From: an uncultured Solirubrobacteraceae bacterium
Lineage (GTDB): Bacteria; Actinomycetota; Thermoleophilia; Solirubrobacterales; Solirubrobacteraceae
Assembly (NCBI GenBank): GCA_963800815.1
Contig: CAWDCP010000002.1
Span: forward strand, 12,437-76,436
Direction: 5' to 3'
DNA: 64,000 nucleotides
Position numbers and translations under genes: made by a program. The notes beneath the pieces are model-generated. The model saw nothing but the letters and a program-made list of their open reading frames with translations. It did not search any database and was not told the DNA's origin. This document shows, one piece after another, positions 28,518 through 38,841 of this stretch (position 1 is its first letter; each line of letters begins with the position of its first letter).

Positions 28518-31208
28518 ATGACGGATCGAGTTCAGACCTCCACATCGAACGGCGCCGGCGCCGATGTCGACGCGATCGAGACGAGCGAGTGGCTCGAGGC
28601 GCTCGACGCTGTCATGGCGCACGATGGTCCCGTGCGGGCGCGGGATCTGCTGACCCGGGTCATCGAGCGCGCGCAGCAGTCCGGTACCGGCCCGATCGCG
28701 AGCCTCAACACGCCGTACGTCAACACGATCCCGGCCGATCGCGAGCCGCCCTACCCCGGTGACCCCGAGCTCGACCGGCGGCTGCGGTCGATCATCCGCT
28801 GGAACGCGATCGCGATCGTCGTGCGTGCCAACAAGGTCTCCTCGGAGCTCGGCGGCCACATCGCGAGCTATCAGTCCCTCGCCACCCTGTACGAGGTCGG
28901 CTTCAACCACTTCTGGCACGCCCCGAGCGAGAGCCACGGCGGCGACCTGGTCTACTTCCAGGGCCATTCCTCCCCCGGCAACTACGCGCGCGCGTATCTC
29001 GAGGGACGGCTGACCGAGCGCCAGCTGCTCGGGTTCCGCCAGGAGGTCGACGGCGCCGGCCTCTCCTCCTATCCGCATCCCTGGCTGATGCCCGACTTCT
29101 GGCAGTTCCCGACGGTCTCGCTGGGGATCGGGCCGATCACGTCGATCTACCAGGCACGGTTCATGAAGTACCTGGAGGCCCGCGGGCTCGCGCAGACGGC
29201 CGGCCGCAAGGTCTGGACCTTCTGCGGCGACGGCGAGATGGACGAACCCGAGTCGATGGGCGCGATCGGGCTCGCCGGGCGCGAGCACCTCGACAACCTG
29301 ATCTGGGTGGTGAACTGCAACCTTCAGCGCCTCGACGGACCGGTGCGCGGCAACGGCAAGATCATCCAGGAACTCGAAGCCGACTTCCGCGGCGCGGGCT
29401 GGAACGTGATCAAGGTCATCTGGGGCTCGCGCTGGGACCCGCTCCTCGCCGAGGACCAGGACGACGCCCTGCTGCAGGTCATGGAGGCCTGCGTCGACGG
29501 CGACTACCAGACGTTCAAGTCCCGCGACGGCGCCTATGTCCGCGAGCACTTCTTCGGCCGCGACCCGCGCCTGCTCGAGCGGGTCAAGAACATGACCGAT
29601 GAGGAGATCTGGCTGCTCAATCGCGGCGGCCACGATCAGCAGAAGGTGTTCGCTGCCTACGACGCGGCGGTGAAGCACACCGGCCAGCCGACGGTGATCC
29701 TGGCCAAGACCGTGAAGGGCTATGGGATGGGCGTCTCCGGCGAGGGCCAGATGATCACCCACCAGGCGAAGAAGATGACCGAGACCGCGCTCCTGCATTT
29801 CCGCGACCGGTTCGAGCTCCCGCTCACCGATGAGCAGGTGAAGGCGGCCGAGTTCTACAAGCCGGCCAACGACTCGGCCGTGATGGAGTACATGCGCGAG
29901 CGTCGCGCCGCGCTCGGCGGCGCGCTCCCGGTGCGGCGCCGGACGGCCGCCCAGTTGCCCGTGCCCCCGCTGTCGGAGTTCCAATCCCAGCTCGACGGCA
30001 CCGGCGAGCGGGAGATCTCGACCACGATGGCCTTCGTGCGCATCCTCGCCGCGCTGCTGCGCGACAAGCAGATCGGGCGCCATATCGTCCCGATCATCCC
30101 CGACGAGTCGCGCACGTTCGGCATGGAGGGGATGTTCCGCCAGGTCGGGATCTACTCCCCCGTCGGGCAGCTCTACCAGCCGCAGGACTCCGAGCAGCTC
30201 ATGTTCTACAAGGAGGACCGGACCGGGCAGATCCTCGAGGAGGGGATCACCGAGGCCGGCTCGATCTCGTCCTTCATCGCCGCGGGGACGTCGTACAGCG
30301 CGCACGACATGCCGATGATCCCGTTCTACATCTACTACTCCATGTTCGGCTACCAGCGCGTCGGCGACCTCGTCTGGGCAGCCGGGGACAGCCGAACCCG
30401 CGGGTTCATGCTCGGCGGTACGGCCGGGCGCACGACCCTGAACGGCGAGGGCTTGCAGCACGAGGACGGCCACAGCCACGTGCTGTTCTCGGTCGTGCCC
30501 AACTGCCGCGCCTACGACCCCACCTACGGCTTCGAGGTCGCGGTGATCATCCAGGAGGGGCTGCGCCGGATGGTCGGCGAGCAGGAGGACATCTTCTACT
30601 ACCTCACGCTCATGAACGAGAACTACCAGCACCCGGCGATGCCGGCCGGCGCCGAGGACGGGATCCTGCGCGGGATGTACCTCCTGCGCGAGGGCTCGAA
30701 GCGCTCGAAGAAGCCGCGGGTGCAGCTGCTGGGCTCGGGAACGATGCTGCGCGAGGTGCTCGCCGCGGCCGATCTGCTCGCCGACGACTGGGGCGTCGTG
30801 TCCGACGTCTGGAGCGTCACCTCGTTCACCGAGCTGCGCCGCGACGGGATCGAGGTCGACCGCTGGAACCTGCTGCACCCGACCGAGGAGCAGCGGACGA
30901 GCTTCGTCGAGCAGTCACTCGGCAACCGGCGCGGCCCGGTCGTCGCCTCCACCGACTACGTGCGCACGTTCGCCGATCAGATCCGGACGTGGGTGCCGCG
31001 CGAGTACCGCGTGCTCGGTACCGACGGCTTCGGCCGCAGCGACTACCGCAGCGCCCTGCGTCGGTTCTTCGAGGTGGATCGCCACTACGTCACGGTGTCC
31101 GCGCTGAAGGCGCTGGCCGACTCCGGCGAGATCGAACCCGCCACCGTGCAGGCCGCCATCGATCGCTACGGGATCGACGCCGAGGCGCCGATCCCGACCT
31201 CCATATGA
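28518..31208 (+). CDS. aceE: Pyruvate dehydrogenase E1, homodimeric type
   Basis: GGHIAS, FQGHSSPG, SSYPHP, GDGEMDEPES, NCNLQRLDGPV, GEGLQHEDGHS. Confidence 0.97.
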   Translation: MTDRVQTSTSNGAGADVDAIETSEWLEALDAVMAHDGPVRARDLLTRVIERAQQSGTGPIASLNTPYVNTIPADREPPYPGDPELDRRLRSIIRWNAIAIVVRANKVSSELGGHIASYQSLATLYEVGFNHFWHAPSESHGGDLVYFQGHSSPGNYARAYLEGRLTERQLLGFRQEVDGAGLSSYPHPWLMPDFWQFPTVSLGIGPITSIYQARFMKYLEARGLAQTAGRKVWTFCGDGEMDEPESMGAIGLAGREHLDNLIWVVNCNLQRLDGPVRGNGKIIQELEADFRGAGWNVIKVIWGSRWDPLLAEDQDDALLQVMEACVDGDYQTFKSRDGAYVREHFFGRDPRLLERVKNMTDEEIWLLNRGGHDQQKVFAAYDAAVKHTGQPTVILAKTVKGYGMGVSGEGQMITHQAKKMTETALLHFRDRFELPLTDEQVKAAEFYKPANDSAVMEYMRERRAALGGALPVRRRTAAQLPVPPLSEFQSQLDGTGEREISTTMAFVRILAALLRDKQIGRHIVPIIPDESRTFGMEGMFRQVGIYSPVGQLYQPQDSEQLMFYKEDRTGQILEEGITEAGSISSFIAAGTSYSAHDMPMIPFYIYYSMFGYQRVGDLVWAAGDSRTRGFMLGGTAGRTTLNGEGLQHEDGHSHVLFSVVPNCRAYDPTYGFEVAVIIQEGLRRMVGEQEDIFYYLTLMNENYQHPAMPAGAEDGILRGMYLLREGSKRSKKPRVQLLGSGTMLREVLAAADLLADDWGVVSDVWSVTSFTELRRDGIEVDRWNLLHPTEEQRTSFVEQSLGNRRGPVVASTDYVRTFADQIRTWVPREYRVLGTDGFGRSDYRSALRRFFEVDRHYVTVSALKALADSGEIEPATVQAAIDRYGIDAEAPIPTSI

Positions 31209-32683
31209 CGGCGACCGGAACGATCGAGGTCGTGGTCCCCGACATCGGGGACTTCGACGCCGTCCCGATCATCGAGATCCTCGTCTCCCCGGGCGACACG
31301 GTCGCCGTCGACGATCCGCTGGTCACGCTCGAATCCGACAAGGCGACGATGGACGTCCCGGCGCCGGCCGCGGGCGTCGTCAAGGAGCTCAAGGTCAAGC
31401 TCGGTGACAACGTCTCGCAGGGCTCGCCGCTGCTGACGCTCGAGGGCGAGTCGGGCGCGAGTGCGGCGGCCGGGAGCGGGGCGGGCGCGAGCGCGGCGGC
31501 TGGGAGCGGGTCGGGCGCGAGCGCGGCGGGCGGGAGCGGGTCGGGCGCGAGCGCGGCGGGCGGGTCCAACGGCGCCGGCGCACCGGAGGGCACGGCCGAC
31601 TCGGCCGGTGCCGCGGTGCCGCCTCTCGCGCCACCGGACGACGCGCCGGCCTCCGCCGACTCGGCACCCCCTCCCCCAGCCCCGACCGCGGCCACGCCGG
31701 CGGCGCCCGGCGGCGAGGCCGAGGTCGCGACTGCTGCGAACGGCCCGGTCTACGCGAGCCCGTCGGTGAGGCGGGTCGCCCGGGAGCTCGGCGTTGATCT
31801 GACCACGGTCGCCGGCACCGGGCGCAAGGGACGGATCACGAAGACCGACGTCGAGAGCGCGCTGGAGCGTGGCGGTGAGGACGCCGTGCCCGGCGGGGCG
31901 GCTGGTGCTGCGGCGGCCGGCGGTGCCGGCGGCGGAGGAGCTGTGGCGGGGCTCGAGCTGATGCCCTGGCCGAAGATCGACTTCGAGAAGTTCGGGCCGG
32001 TGGAACGCGTCCCGCGCTCGCGGATCAGCAAGATCGCCGGCGCCAACCTGGCCCGCAACTGGGTGATGATCCCCCATGTCACCCACAACGACGAGGCCGA
32101 CATCACGGACCTCGAGGCGTTCCGCAAGCAGCTCAACGAGGAGCACGCCCGCGACGGCGTGAAGCTGACCATGGTCGGCTTCCTCGTCGCCGCGTCGGTC
32201 GCCGCGCTGAAGCAGTTCCCCAACTTCAACTCCTCGCTGGACGGCGACGAGCTGGTGCTCAAGCGCTACTACAACATCGGGTTCGCGGCCGACACGCCCG
32301 GCGGTCTCGTGGTCCCGGTCATCAAGGACGCCGACCGCAAGGGGATCCTCGACATCGCGCGTGAGCTGACGGAGCTGTCGGGCAAGGCGCGCGAGGGCAA
32401 GTTGATGCCGGGCGACATGCAGGGCGCCACGTTCACGATCTCGAGTCTGGGCGGGATCGGCGGCACCAGCTTCAGCCCGATCATCAATGCGCCCGAGGTG
32501 GCGATCCTCGGCGTCACCCGCTCGGCCATGAAGCCGGTCTGGAACGGCAAGGAGTTCGTCCCCAGGCTGATGGTGCCGCTGTCGCTCTCCTACGACCACC
32601 GGGTCATCGACGGCGCCGCCGCGGCCCGCTTCGTCGTGCACCTGACCAAGCTGCTCTCGGACCTGCGCAGGGCGCTTCTGTGA
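31205..32683 (+). CDS. aceF: Dihydrolipoamide acetyltransferase E2 (one lipoyl domain)
   Basis: ATGA overlap; LESDKA, ASPSVRR..GTGRKGRI, DHRVIDG. Confidence 0.95.
   Translation: MTATGTIEVVVPDIGDFDAVPIIEILVSPGDTVAVDDPLVTLESDKATMDVPAPAAGVVKELKVKLGDNVSQGSPLLTLEGESGASAAAGSGAGASAAAGSGSGASAAGGSGSGASAAGGSNGAGAPEGTADSAGAAVPPLAPPDDAPASADSAPPPPAPTAATPAAPGGEAEVATAANGPVYASPSVRRVARELGVDLTTVAGTGRKGRITKTDVESALERGGEDAVPGGAAGAAAAGGAGGGGAVAGLELMPWPKIDFEKFGPVERVPRSRISKIAGANLARNWVMIPHVTHNDEADITDLEAFRKQLNEEHARDGVKLTMVGFLVAASVAALKQFPNFNSSLDGDELVLKRYYNIGFAADTPGGLVVPVIKDADRKGILDIARELTELSGKAREGKLMPGDMQGATFTISSLGGIGGTSFSPIINAPEVAILGVTRSAMKPVWNGKEFVPRLMVPLSLSYDHRVIDGAAAARFVVHLTKLLSDLRRALL
31451..31565 (+). repeat. About 3.8 copies of a 30-bp tandem repeat in the E2 linker (SGASAAxGSG)
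   Basis: TCGGGCGCGAGCGCGGCGGGCGGGAGCGGG-like units at 31451, 31481, 31511, 31541. Confidence 0.85.
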
Positions 32684-34479
32684 CCGAGGTCAGGGTTCCG
32701 GACATCGGCGACTTCACCGACGTCCCGGTGATCGAGATCCACGTCTCGCCCGGCGACGAGGTCGCGGTCGACGATCCGCTGGTCACGCTCGAGTCCGACA
32801 AGGCGACGATGGACATCCCGGCGCCCGCGGCCGGCGTCGTCACACAGCTCAGTGTCTCGATGGGCGACCGCGTCTCGGAGGGCAGCGTGCTGCTGCTGCT
32901 CGAGCCGGACGGCGCGGGGCGCAGCACGGCCTCGGAGTCGTCGGAGGCATCCGGGGCGCCGGCGGTTTCAGACGCACCGGCCGCTGATGTTTCGGATGCG
33001 CCCGCGTCGGCTGCTGCGGGATCGGGCGCGTCGGCACCGGACGCGCCGGCTCCGGCCGCGCCGGCCCCGGGACCGCCGGGGGGTTCGGGCGACTACGACG
33101 CCCAGGTGCTGGTGCTCGGCTCCGGCCCCGGCGGCTACACCGCCGCCTTCCGGGCCGCGGACCTCGGCCTGAAGACGATCCTCGTCGAGCGCTATCCGAT
33201 CCTCGGCGGCGTGTGCCTGAATGTCGGCTGCATCCCTTCCAAGGCGCTGCTGCACGCCGCCCGCGTGATCAGCGAGGCGGATGAGATGGCGGAGAACGGA
33301 GTCAGCTTCGCCACGCCGTCGGTCGACATCGACGCGCTGCGGTCCTGGAAGGACTCGGTCGTCGCCAAGCTGACCGGAGGGCTCGCCGGCCTGGCCAAGC
33401 AGCGCAAGGTCGAGGTGATCACCGGGGTCGGGCACTTCGTCGGCCCGAACGTGCTCGAGGTCTCAGGTCGTACCGTGTCGTTCGAGAACTGCATCATCGC
33501 CGCCGGATCGTCGGCCGTGATGCTTCCCGGCCTGCCCGACGATCCGCGGATCGTCACCTCGACCGGGGCGCTCGCGCTCGAGGACATACCCAAGCGCCTG
33601 TTGGTGATCGGCGGCGGGATCATCGGGCTGGAGATGGCGACCGTCTACGACGCGCTCGGATCGCGTGTGACCGTGGTCGAGATGATGGATCAGCTGATCC
33701 CGGAGTGTGACCCCGACCTCGTGCGCCCCCTGCACAAGCGGATCGAGGCCCGCTATGAGGCCGTGATGCTGAGCACGCGGGTCGAGGCGGTCAAGGCACA
33801 GAAGAACGGGTTGAAGGTGACCTTCGACAGCGGTAGCAGCGCCATGTTCGATCGCGTTCTTGTCGCCGTCGGCCGCAGGCCGAACGGGACCGCGATCGAC
33901 GCGGCCGCAGCCGGCGTGAACGTCAACGAGGCGGGCTACATCCCCGTCGACTCGCAGATGCGCACCAACGTTCCCCATATCTACGCGATCGGGGACATCG
34001 TCGGCACCCCGATGCTGGCGCACAAGGCGACGCACGAGGGCAAGGTCGCCGCTGAGGTGATCGCCGGCCAGAACGCGCGCTTCGATGCGCAAGCGATCCC
34101 GTCGGTCGCCTACACCGATCCCGAGGTCGCCTGGATGGGGCTGACCGAGACCGCCGCCCGCGCCGGCGGCGTCGAGTACGAGAAGGCCGTGTTCCCGTGG
34201 GCGGCCTCGGGGCGCGCCCTGGGGCTCGGGCGGGGCGAGGGGATGACGAAGCTGCTGTTCGAGCCCGGCGGCGGTCGCCTGCTCGGCGCCGGGATCGTGG
34301 GCGTGAACGCCGGCGACCTGATCGCCGAGACCGTCCACGCGCTCGAGATGGGCGCCGACGCCGAGGACATCGCGCTGACGATCCACCCCCACCCCACGCT
34401 GTCGGAGACGGTTGCGTTCGCGGCCGAGCTCGCAGCCGGCACGATCACCGATCTGATGCCCCCGCGCCGCCGGGGTTGA
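32680..34479 (+). CDS. lpdA: Dihydrolipoamide dehydrogenase E3 with N-terminal lipoyl domain
   Basis: GTGA overlap; LESDKA; GSGPGG, GGVCLNVGCIPSK, GGGIIGLE, HPHPTLSE. Confidence 0.96.
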   Translation: MTEVRVPDIGDFTDVPVIEIHVSPGDEVAVDDPLVTLESDKATMDIPAPAAGVVTQLSVSMGDRVSEGSVLLLLEPDGAGRSTASESSEASGAPAVSDAPAADVSDAPASAAAGSGASAPDAPAPAAPAPGPPGGSGDYDAQVLVLGSGPGGYTAAFRAADLGLKTILVERYPILGGVCLNVGCIPSKALLHAARVISEADEMAENGVSFATPSVDIDALRSWKDSVVAKLTGGLAGLAKQRKVEVITGVGHFVGPNVLEVSGRTVSFENCIIAAGSSAVMLPGLPDDPRIVTSTGALALEDIPKRLLVIGGGIIGLEMATVYDALGSRVTVVEMMDQLIPECDPDLVRPLHKRIEARYEAVMLSTRVEAVKAQKNGLKVTFDSGSSAMFDRVLVAVGRRPNGTAIDAAAAGVNVNEAGYIPVDSQMRTNVPHIYAIGDIVGTPMLAHKATHEGKVAAEVIAGQNARFDAQAIPSVAYTDPEVAWMGLTETAARAGGVEYEKAVFPWAASGRALGLGRGEGMTKLLFEPGGGRLLGAGIVGVNAGDLIAETVHALEMGADAEDIALTIHPHPTLSETVAFAAELAAGTITDLMPPRRRG

Positions 34480-35413
34480 GCGCCCGCGCCACGTCGTCGC
34501 GGACGGCGCCGGGCTCGGTTCTGAGTCGACGGTCGGTGAGGCGCAGCACTCGGCATCCGGCGAGCTGCAGCCGCACGTCCTTGGCGCGATCGTCCTCAAA
34601 GCTTCGCCGCGAACGGTGAAACGCGAACCCGTCGAGCTCGACCACCAGACGGCTCGACGGCCAATAGAAGTCGACCATGAACCCGGCCACGAGCACGTTG
34701 ACCGACGGCTCGGGAAGTCCGGCGTCGCGGATCAGGGCCAGAAAGCGTCGCTCGAGCTCGGAGCGCGTCTCCGGGGCTGGGCCGCAGTGCTCGGCGGCGA
34801 GGCGCTTCAGGGGTTTGAGGCCATGGCGGCCGGCGCTGCGGGTGCACAGCTCCTCGATCGCGCGGAGGTCGAGGAGGTCGAGCCGATCAGCGGCCTCGAA
34901 CGCCCAGCCGAGCTGGTGGGGAGCGGAGAGCTCAGCGTAGTCGAGCAGGGTGCGGTGGACCGAGGTGACGGGGATCCCCTCGCGGGTGGCGCGGTCGCGC
35001 GGGTGGAGGTTGCGGACTCGGTGCACGGTGATACCCGGACGCGTGCTCCTCGTCCTCCCCGGCGCGGTGATGTCGATGGATGACGAGCCCGCTGGCCTCA
35101 GACTCCAGAGGGCCGCGGCGCTGCGGTGGCTGAGGACGGCATCGGGTCCGCCAGCCAGCACCGCCGCCATCCAACGGCCCTTCCGGTCGAGGATGCGATG
35201 ACCGACGGCGTAGACGCCTCGATGGAGGCAATGAAGATGACCCAACTTGACGCGCCAGTCGATCCGATCGGCCGTGAACCCGAGCTCCACGAGTTGCCGA
35301 CGCGCCACCACGCCGTGCTGCGCCTCGGCCAGCTTGACGATCGCGCGGTGACGTGGGCCGTTTTGACGGCGTATATCACGGTCAAAACGGCCCACGTCTC
35401 CCACACCGCCCAC
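34445..35413 (-). CDS. AbiEi-like N-terminal domain plus DUF559 endonuclease-like domain (start uncertain)
   Basis: QHGVVARRQL, HRGVY, VLSHRSAAALW, RTLLD, SELERRF, VDFYW..VELDG..H. Confidence 0.88.
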   Translation of the reverse strand: MGGVGDVGRFDRDIRRQNGPRHRAIVKLAEAQHGVVARRQLVELGFTADRIDWRVKLGHLHCLHRGVYAVGHRILDRKGRWMAAVLAGGPDAVLSHRSAAALWSLRPAGSSSIDITAPGRTRSTRPGITVHRVRNLHPRDRATREGIPVTSVHRTLLDYAELSAPHQLGWAFEAADRLDLLDLRAIEELCTRSAGRHGLKPLKRLAAEHCGPAPETRSELERRFLALIRDAGLPEPSVNVLVAGFMVDFYWPSSRLVVELDGFAFHRSRRSFEDDRAKDVRLQLAGCRVLRLTDRRLRTEPGAVRDDVARALNPGGAGASDR

Positions 35414-35458
35414 CCTGCCACCGATTTCGTCACGCGTGGGTGACGGTGCGTGACAAAA
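35350..35458. repeat. Two inverted repeats at the 5' end of the AbiEi/DUF559 gene
   Basis: GACGTGGGCCGTTTTGAC-N13-GTCAAAACGGCCCACGTC (35350-35398, perfect 18 bp); TTTCGTCACGC-N12-GCGTGACAAAA (35425-35458). Confidence 0.85.
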
Positions 35459-35493
35459 CGCCGCAACCCTGCGAGCCGTTAGCGTTACTCGCC

Positions 35494-36882
35494 GTGAACG
35501 CGACCGACATCGCCTACGCCGGCGTCGCCGGGCAGGCAGAGCTGATCCGCAACGGCGAGATCTCCTCGGTCGAGCTGACCCAGACGCTGCTGAAGCGAAT
35601 CGAGCGGCTCAACCCCTCGATCAACGCGTTCCGGATCGTGATGGCAGACGAGGCGCTGGCCGAAGCGGCCGCCCGCGACGGAGCGGGCCCCGACAGGACC
35701 CGACCCCTCCACGGCGTGCCGGTCGCGATCAAGGACGAGATCGACGTCGCCGGCCAACTCACGACGTTCGGCACCGCCGCCCGGACCCGTCCGGCGGCGG
35801 CGGACGGCGAGCTCGTCACGCGCCTCCGGGACGCCGGCGCGGTGATCATCGGCAAGACCACGATGCCCGAGTTCGGCCAGTGGCCGTTCACCGAGTCGGC
35901 CACCTTCGGCTACACGCGCAACCCGTGGGATCTGAGCCGCTCGACCGGCGGCTCGAGCGGCGGCACCGCAGCCGCGGTGGCGGCCGGGATGGTGGCGGTC
36001 GGGATCGGCGGCGACGGCGGCGGCTCGATCCGGATCCCGTCCGCGTGCTGCGGCCTGTACGGGCTCAAGCCGACGCGGGGGCTCGTCTCAACGGCGCCCT
36101 ACGAGCACCTCTGGCACGCGCTCGGAACGCAGGGCCCCCTCGCGCGCTCGGTCCGTGACTCGGCGCTGGTCTACGACGCGATCCGAACCGAGCTGCCCGG
36201 CCACGAGCTCGGATTCGCCGCCGCCGCCGCCACCGAGCCGCCGCGTCTGCGGATCGCCCTCAGCCGCAAGCCGGCGCAGCGCGGCGTGCGCCTGGATGCG
36301 GAACAGGCCGGCGCGCTCGAGCAGATGGCCGCGGCGCTGCGGGAGCTCGGTCATGAGGTGCGTGAGGCCGATCCGGACTACCCGGAGGTGGCGCCCGCGT
36401 TCGCGCCCCAGTTCTACGGTGGGGTCAGGGATGAGGTGGCGCTGGTCGAGCGGCCCGACCTGCTCGAGCGCCGGACCAAGCAGACGCTGGCGCTGTCACG
36501 GGCGATTCCCGAGTCGACGGTCCACTGGGCGATCCGGCGCGGTGCGCAGATCGCCGAGCGGCTCAATCACTTCTTCGAGCATCACGACGTCCTCCTCACG
36601 CCGACGATCGCCGCGCTGCCGCGCCGGCTCGGCGCGCTCGACGGCATCGGGAGCCTGCACGCCAGCCTGCGCGCCGTGCCCTACGTCGCCTACACGGCGG
36701 TGTGGAATGTGTGCGGCAATCCGGCGGCATCGATTCCGGCCGGGTTTGCCCGCGACGGGATGCCGTGCGCCGTACAGATCGTGGCCGCGCCGGGCCAGGA
36801 GCCGGTGCTGCTGAGGCTCTCGGCGCAGCTCGAGCGGGCGCGGCCGTGGGCGGACCGGCGCCCGCCGGTTGACCCGGTCTGA
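35494..36882 (+). CDS. Amidase (amidase-signature family)
   Basis: [25 protein letters not shown]; TAGCGT 8 nt before GTG. Confidence 0.93.
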   Translation: MNATDIAYAGVAGQAELIRNGEISSVELTQTLLKRIERLNPSINAFRIVMADEALAEAAARDGAGPDRTRPLHGVPVAIKDEIDVAGQLTTFGTAARTRPAAADGELVTRLRDAGAVIIGKTTMPEFGQWPFTESATFGYTRNPWDLSRSTGGSSGGTAAAVAAGMVAVGIGGDGGGSIRIPSACCGLYGLKPTRGLVSTAPYEHLWHALGTQGPLARSVRDSALVYDAIRTELPGHELGFAAAAATEPPRLRIALSRKPAQRGVRLDAEQAGALEQMAAALRELGHEVREADPDYPEVAPAFAPQFYGGVRDEVALVERPDLLERRTKQTLALSRAIPESTVHWAIRRGAQIAERLNHFFEHHDVLLTPTIAALPRRLGALDGIGSLHASLRAVPYVAYTAVWNVCGNPAASIPAGFARDGMPCAVQIVAAPGQEPVLLRLSAQLERARPWADRRPPVDPV

Positions 36883-37181
36883 CGCGGCCCAGCCCTCGAC
36901 ACCCCTCACCGCCGTCGCTCCGGCGTACGGGCCCTTACCCCAGCGCCGGCACGCGGCCGCGGCCACGGCTCGCCGCCGGCCGGCAGGCGATCGGCAGCTC
37001 GACCTGACGCCCGGCGGTGGTTCCAGTCAGCTTGTCGAAGGCCGCCTCGGCGTAGCGGGCGCGTCGTCCGGCGGGCGCCTGGTCCGGTGGGCGCGCCGTC
37101 CGGCGTGACGCCGAAGCCGCCTGAGTCCTGTCCCGAGGACTGACCGCCGCACGCAATGCCGAAACTCAGGAAGTCAGAGCT

Positions 37182-37481
37182 TCAACTGCCCCGGCGGCGC
37201 CGGCGCAGCAGCAGCAGAGCGAGCAGCGCGAGGCCCGCGAGCACGGGCAGGCGCAACCGGGAGTCGGTGCGCTGCAGCACAGCGACAGAAGGATGCGGCT
37301 CAGGGGCCGGCATCGGGAACTCCTCGGCGGCGAGGATGTCGTGTGGCTCGGGGACGCCCATCGGATCCTCGGGCAGCTTGACCGGGCCGTGATGGGGTCG
37401 ATCGGCGATCGGCATCGCGAACGCCTCCGCCGCGAGGACGTCGTGCACCGGCTCCGCGTGGGGTCTAGGTGCGTCGGCCAT
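37182..37481 (-). CDS. Small protein with duplicated motif and C-terminal membrane anchor
   Basis: HDVLAAEAFAMP / HDILAAEEFPMP; hydrophobic tail followed by RRRRR. Confidence 0.7.
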   Translation of the reverse strand: MADAPRPHAEPVHDVLAAEAFAMPIADRPHHGPVKLPEDPMGVPEPHDILAAEEFPMPAPEPHPSVAVLQRTDSRLRLPVLAGLALLALLLLRRRRRGS

Positions 37482-37600
37482 GGGTCGATGATTTCAGATT
37501 CTCGGGCGCAGGGTTTCGCGATCACCCCATGAGGGGCAACCTAAGGAGGGTGCGCGAAGAACTTGCACGATCAGTGGACATTCGTTCGCGTCAACACGGC

Positions 37601-38347
37601 GTGAGCCAGGCCCACAGCTTTCCCCGCCGCCGGGCGGTGGCGATCCTCGACGTGGATCCCGACCTCGCCCGCGATATGGACGCTGAGCGGGCTGCCGCCG
37701 CGCGCTCGCACGCGATCGCCGCAATCGAGACCCTGGCTCCGGGCGAGTGGCCCGCCGAAGCCCTGGACATCATCGAACCGCGCGGCGCTCTCGGCCTGCT
37801 CGTCATCGACGGCCTGATCTCGCGCGATGTGACACTGGGCAGCTCGTCGTTCACCGAGCTGATCGGCGAAGGCGAGATCCTCCGCCCCTGGGACACGGGG
37901 ATCGAGCTCGTGACCGAGACGCCCGCGGTGACCTGGAACGTGCTGGTGACCGCCCGCATCGCGATCCTCGACGGACGCTTCGTCGCGCGTACGGCACGGT
38001 GGCCAGAGCTCACGACGGCGGTCGTCGCGCGGGCGATCAAGCGCTCGCGGTCGCTCGCCGTGCAACTCGCGATCTGCAACCTGCAACGGGTCGAGACGCG
38101 GCTGCTACTCCTGATGTGGCATCTCGCCGAGCGCTGGGGGAGGGTCTCACCCGACGGCATCGTGTTGCCCCTCGGGCTCACCCACCGGATGCTCGCGAGC
38201 CTCGTCGGTGCCAGACGCCCGACGGTCACGACCGCGCTCAAGGAGCTCACGGCGCAGGAAAAGGTCACGCGCCGCGAGGATGGCATGTGGGTGCTCCGGG
38301 GCGAGCCGCCCGCCGAGCTCGGCCAGATGTACGCGACCCTGAGCTGA
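37601..38347 (+). CDS. Crp/Fnr-family transcriptional regulator (start uncertain, 37529 possible)
   Basis: ELIGEGE, RLLLLMWHLAERWG, LTHRMLASLVGARRPTVTTAL HTH. Confidence 0.88.
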   Translation: MSQAHSFPRRRAVAILDVDPDLARDMDAERAAAARSHAIAAIETLAPGEWPAEALDIIEPRGALGLLVIDGLISRDVTLGSSSFTELIGEGEILRPWDTGIELVTETPAVTWNVLVTARIAILDGRFVARTARWPELTTAVVARAIKRSRSLAVQLAICNLQRVETRLLLLMWHLAERWGRVSPDGIVLPLGLTHRMLASLVGARRPTVTTALKELTAQEKVTRREDGMWVLRGEPPAELGQMYATLS

Positions 38348-38415
38348 CGCCAGCCGCGCCGCGCTGACCACTTCCCCGGTTTCGAGACCCGGGCCGAGCG
38401 GGAAAAACGCCGACG

Positions 38416-38828
38416 ATGTCAGCGATCACGACCAACGCATCGGATGGTTCCCGGGTCGCGCTCGAGCTGCGGTTGCCGTCCCACCCCAGAGCAGCCGCGG
38501 TAGCGCGGGCGTCCGTACGCGACCTGGCCGACACGGTGCCGGCGCCATTGGCCGAGAAGCTCGGCCTGGTCGTGAGCGAGCTGGTCACCAACGCGTTGCG
38601 TCACGCCGTCGCCGCCGACCCGGCTCCGACGCTCACGGTCGAGCTCGGATCGGATCGGGTGCGTGTGGCGGTGACCGACCGCGGCGCCGACTCGGACCGA
38701 TCGCGCAGCGCCGCGAAGCGGGGGCCGACGGTGGCTTCGGGCTCCGGCTCGTCGACCGGATGGCCGATCGCTGGTGGATCGAACGCGACGCGGGCACGCG
38801 CGTCGTGTGCGAGTTCCGGCGCCGGTGA
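38416..38828 (+). CDS. RsbW-like anti-sigma factor/Ser kinase (HATPase), frameshifted near 38689-38724
   Basis: SELVTNALRH and VTDRG in one frame; GGFGLRLVDRMADRW..GTRVVCEF in the next, stop at 38826-38828. Confidence 0.82.
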
Positions 38829-38841
38829 CCTGAGCAGCGGC

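Noticed and set aside
27846-30878. 1010-aa minus-strand ORF and similar long ORFs (56696..59905, 39396..41597, 15863..17581, 18595..20454)
   Set aside because: Antisense shadows of well-supported genes, expected at high GC3; only the last 281 codons of 56696..59905 look real
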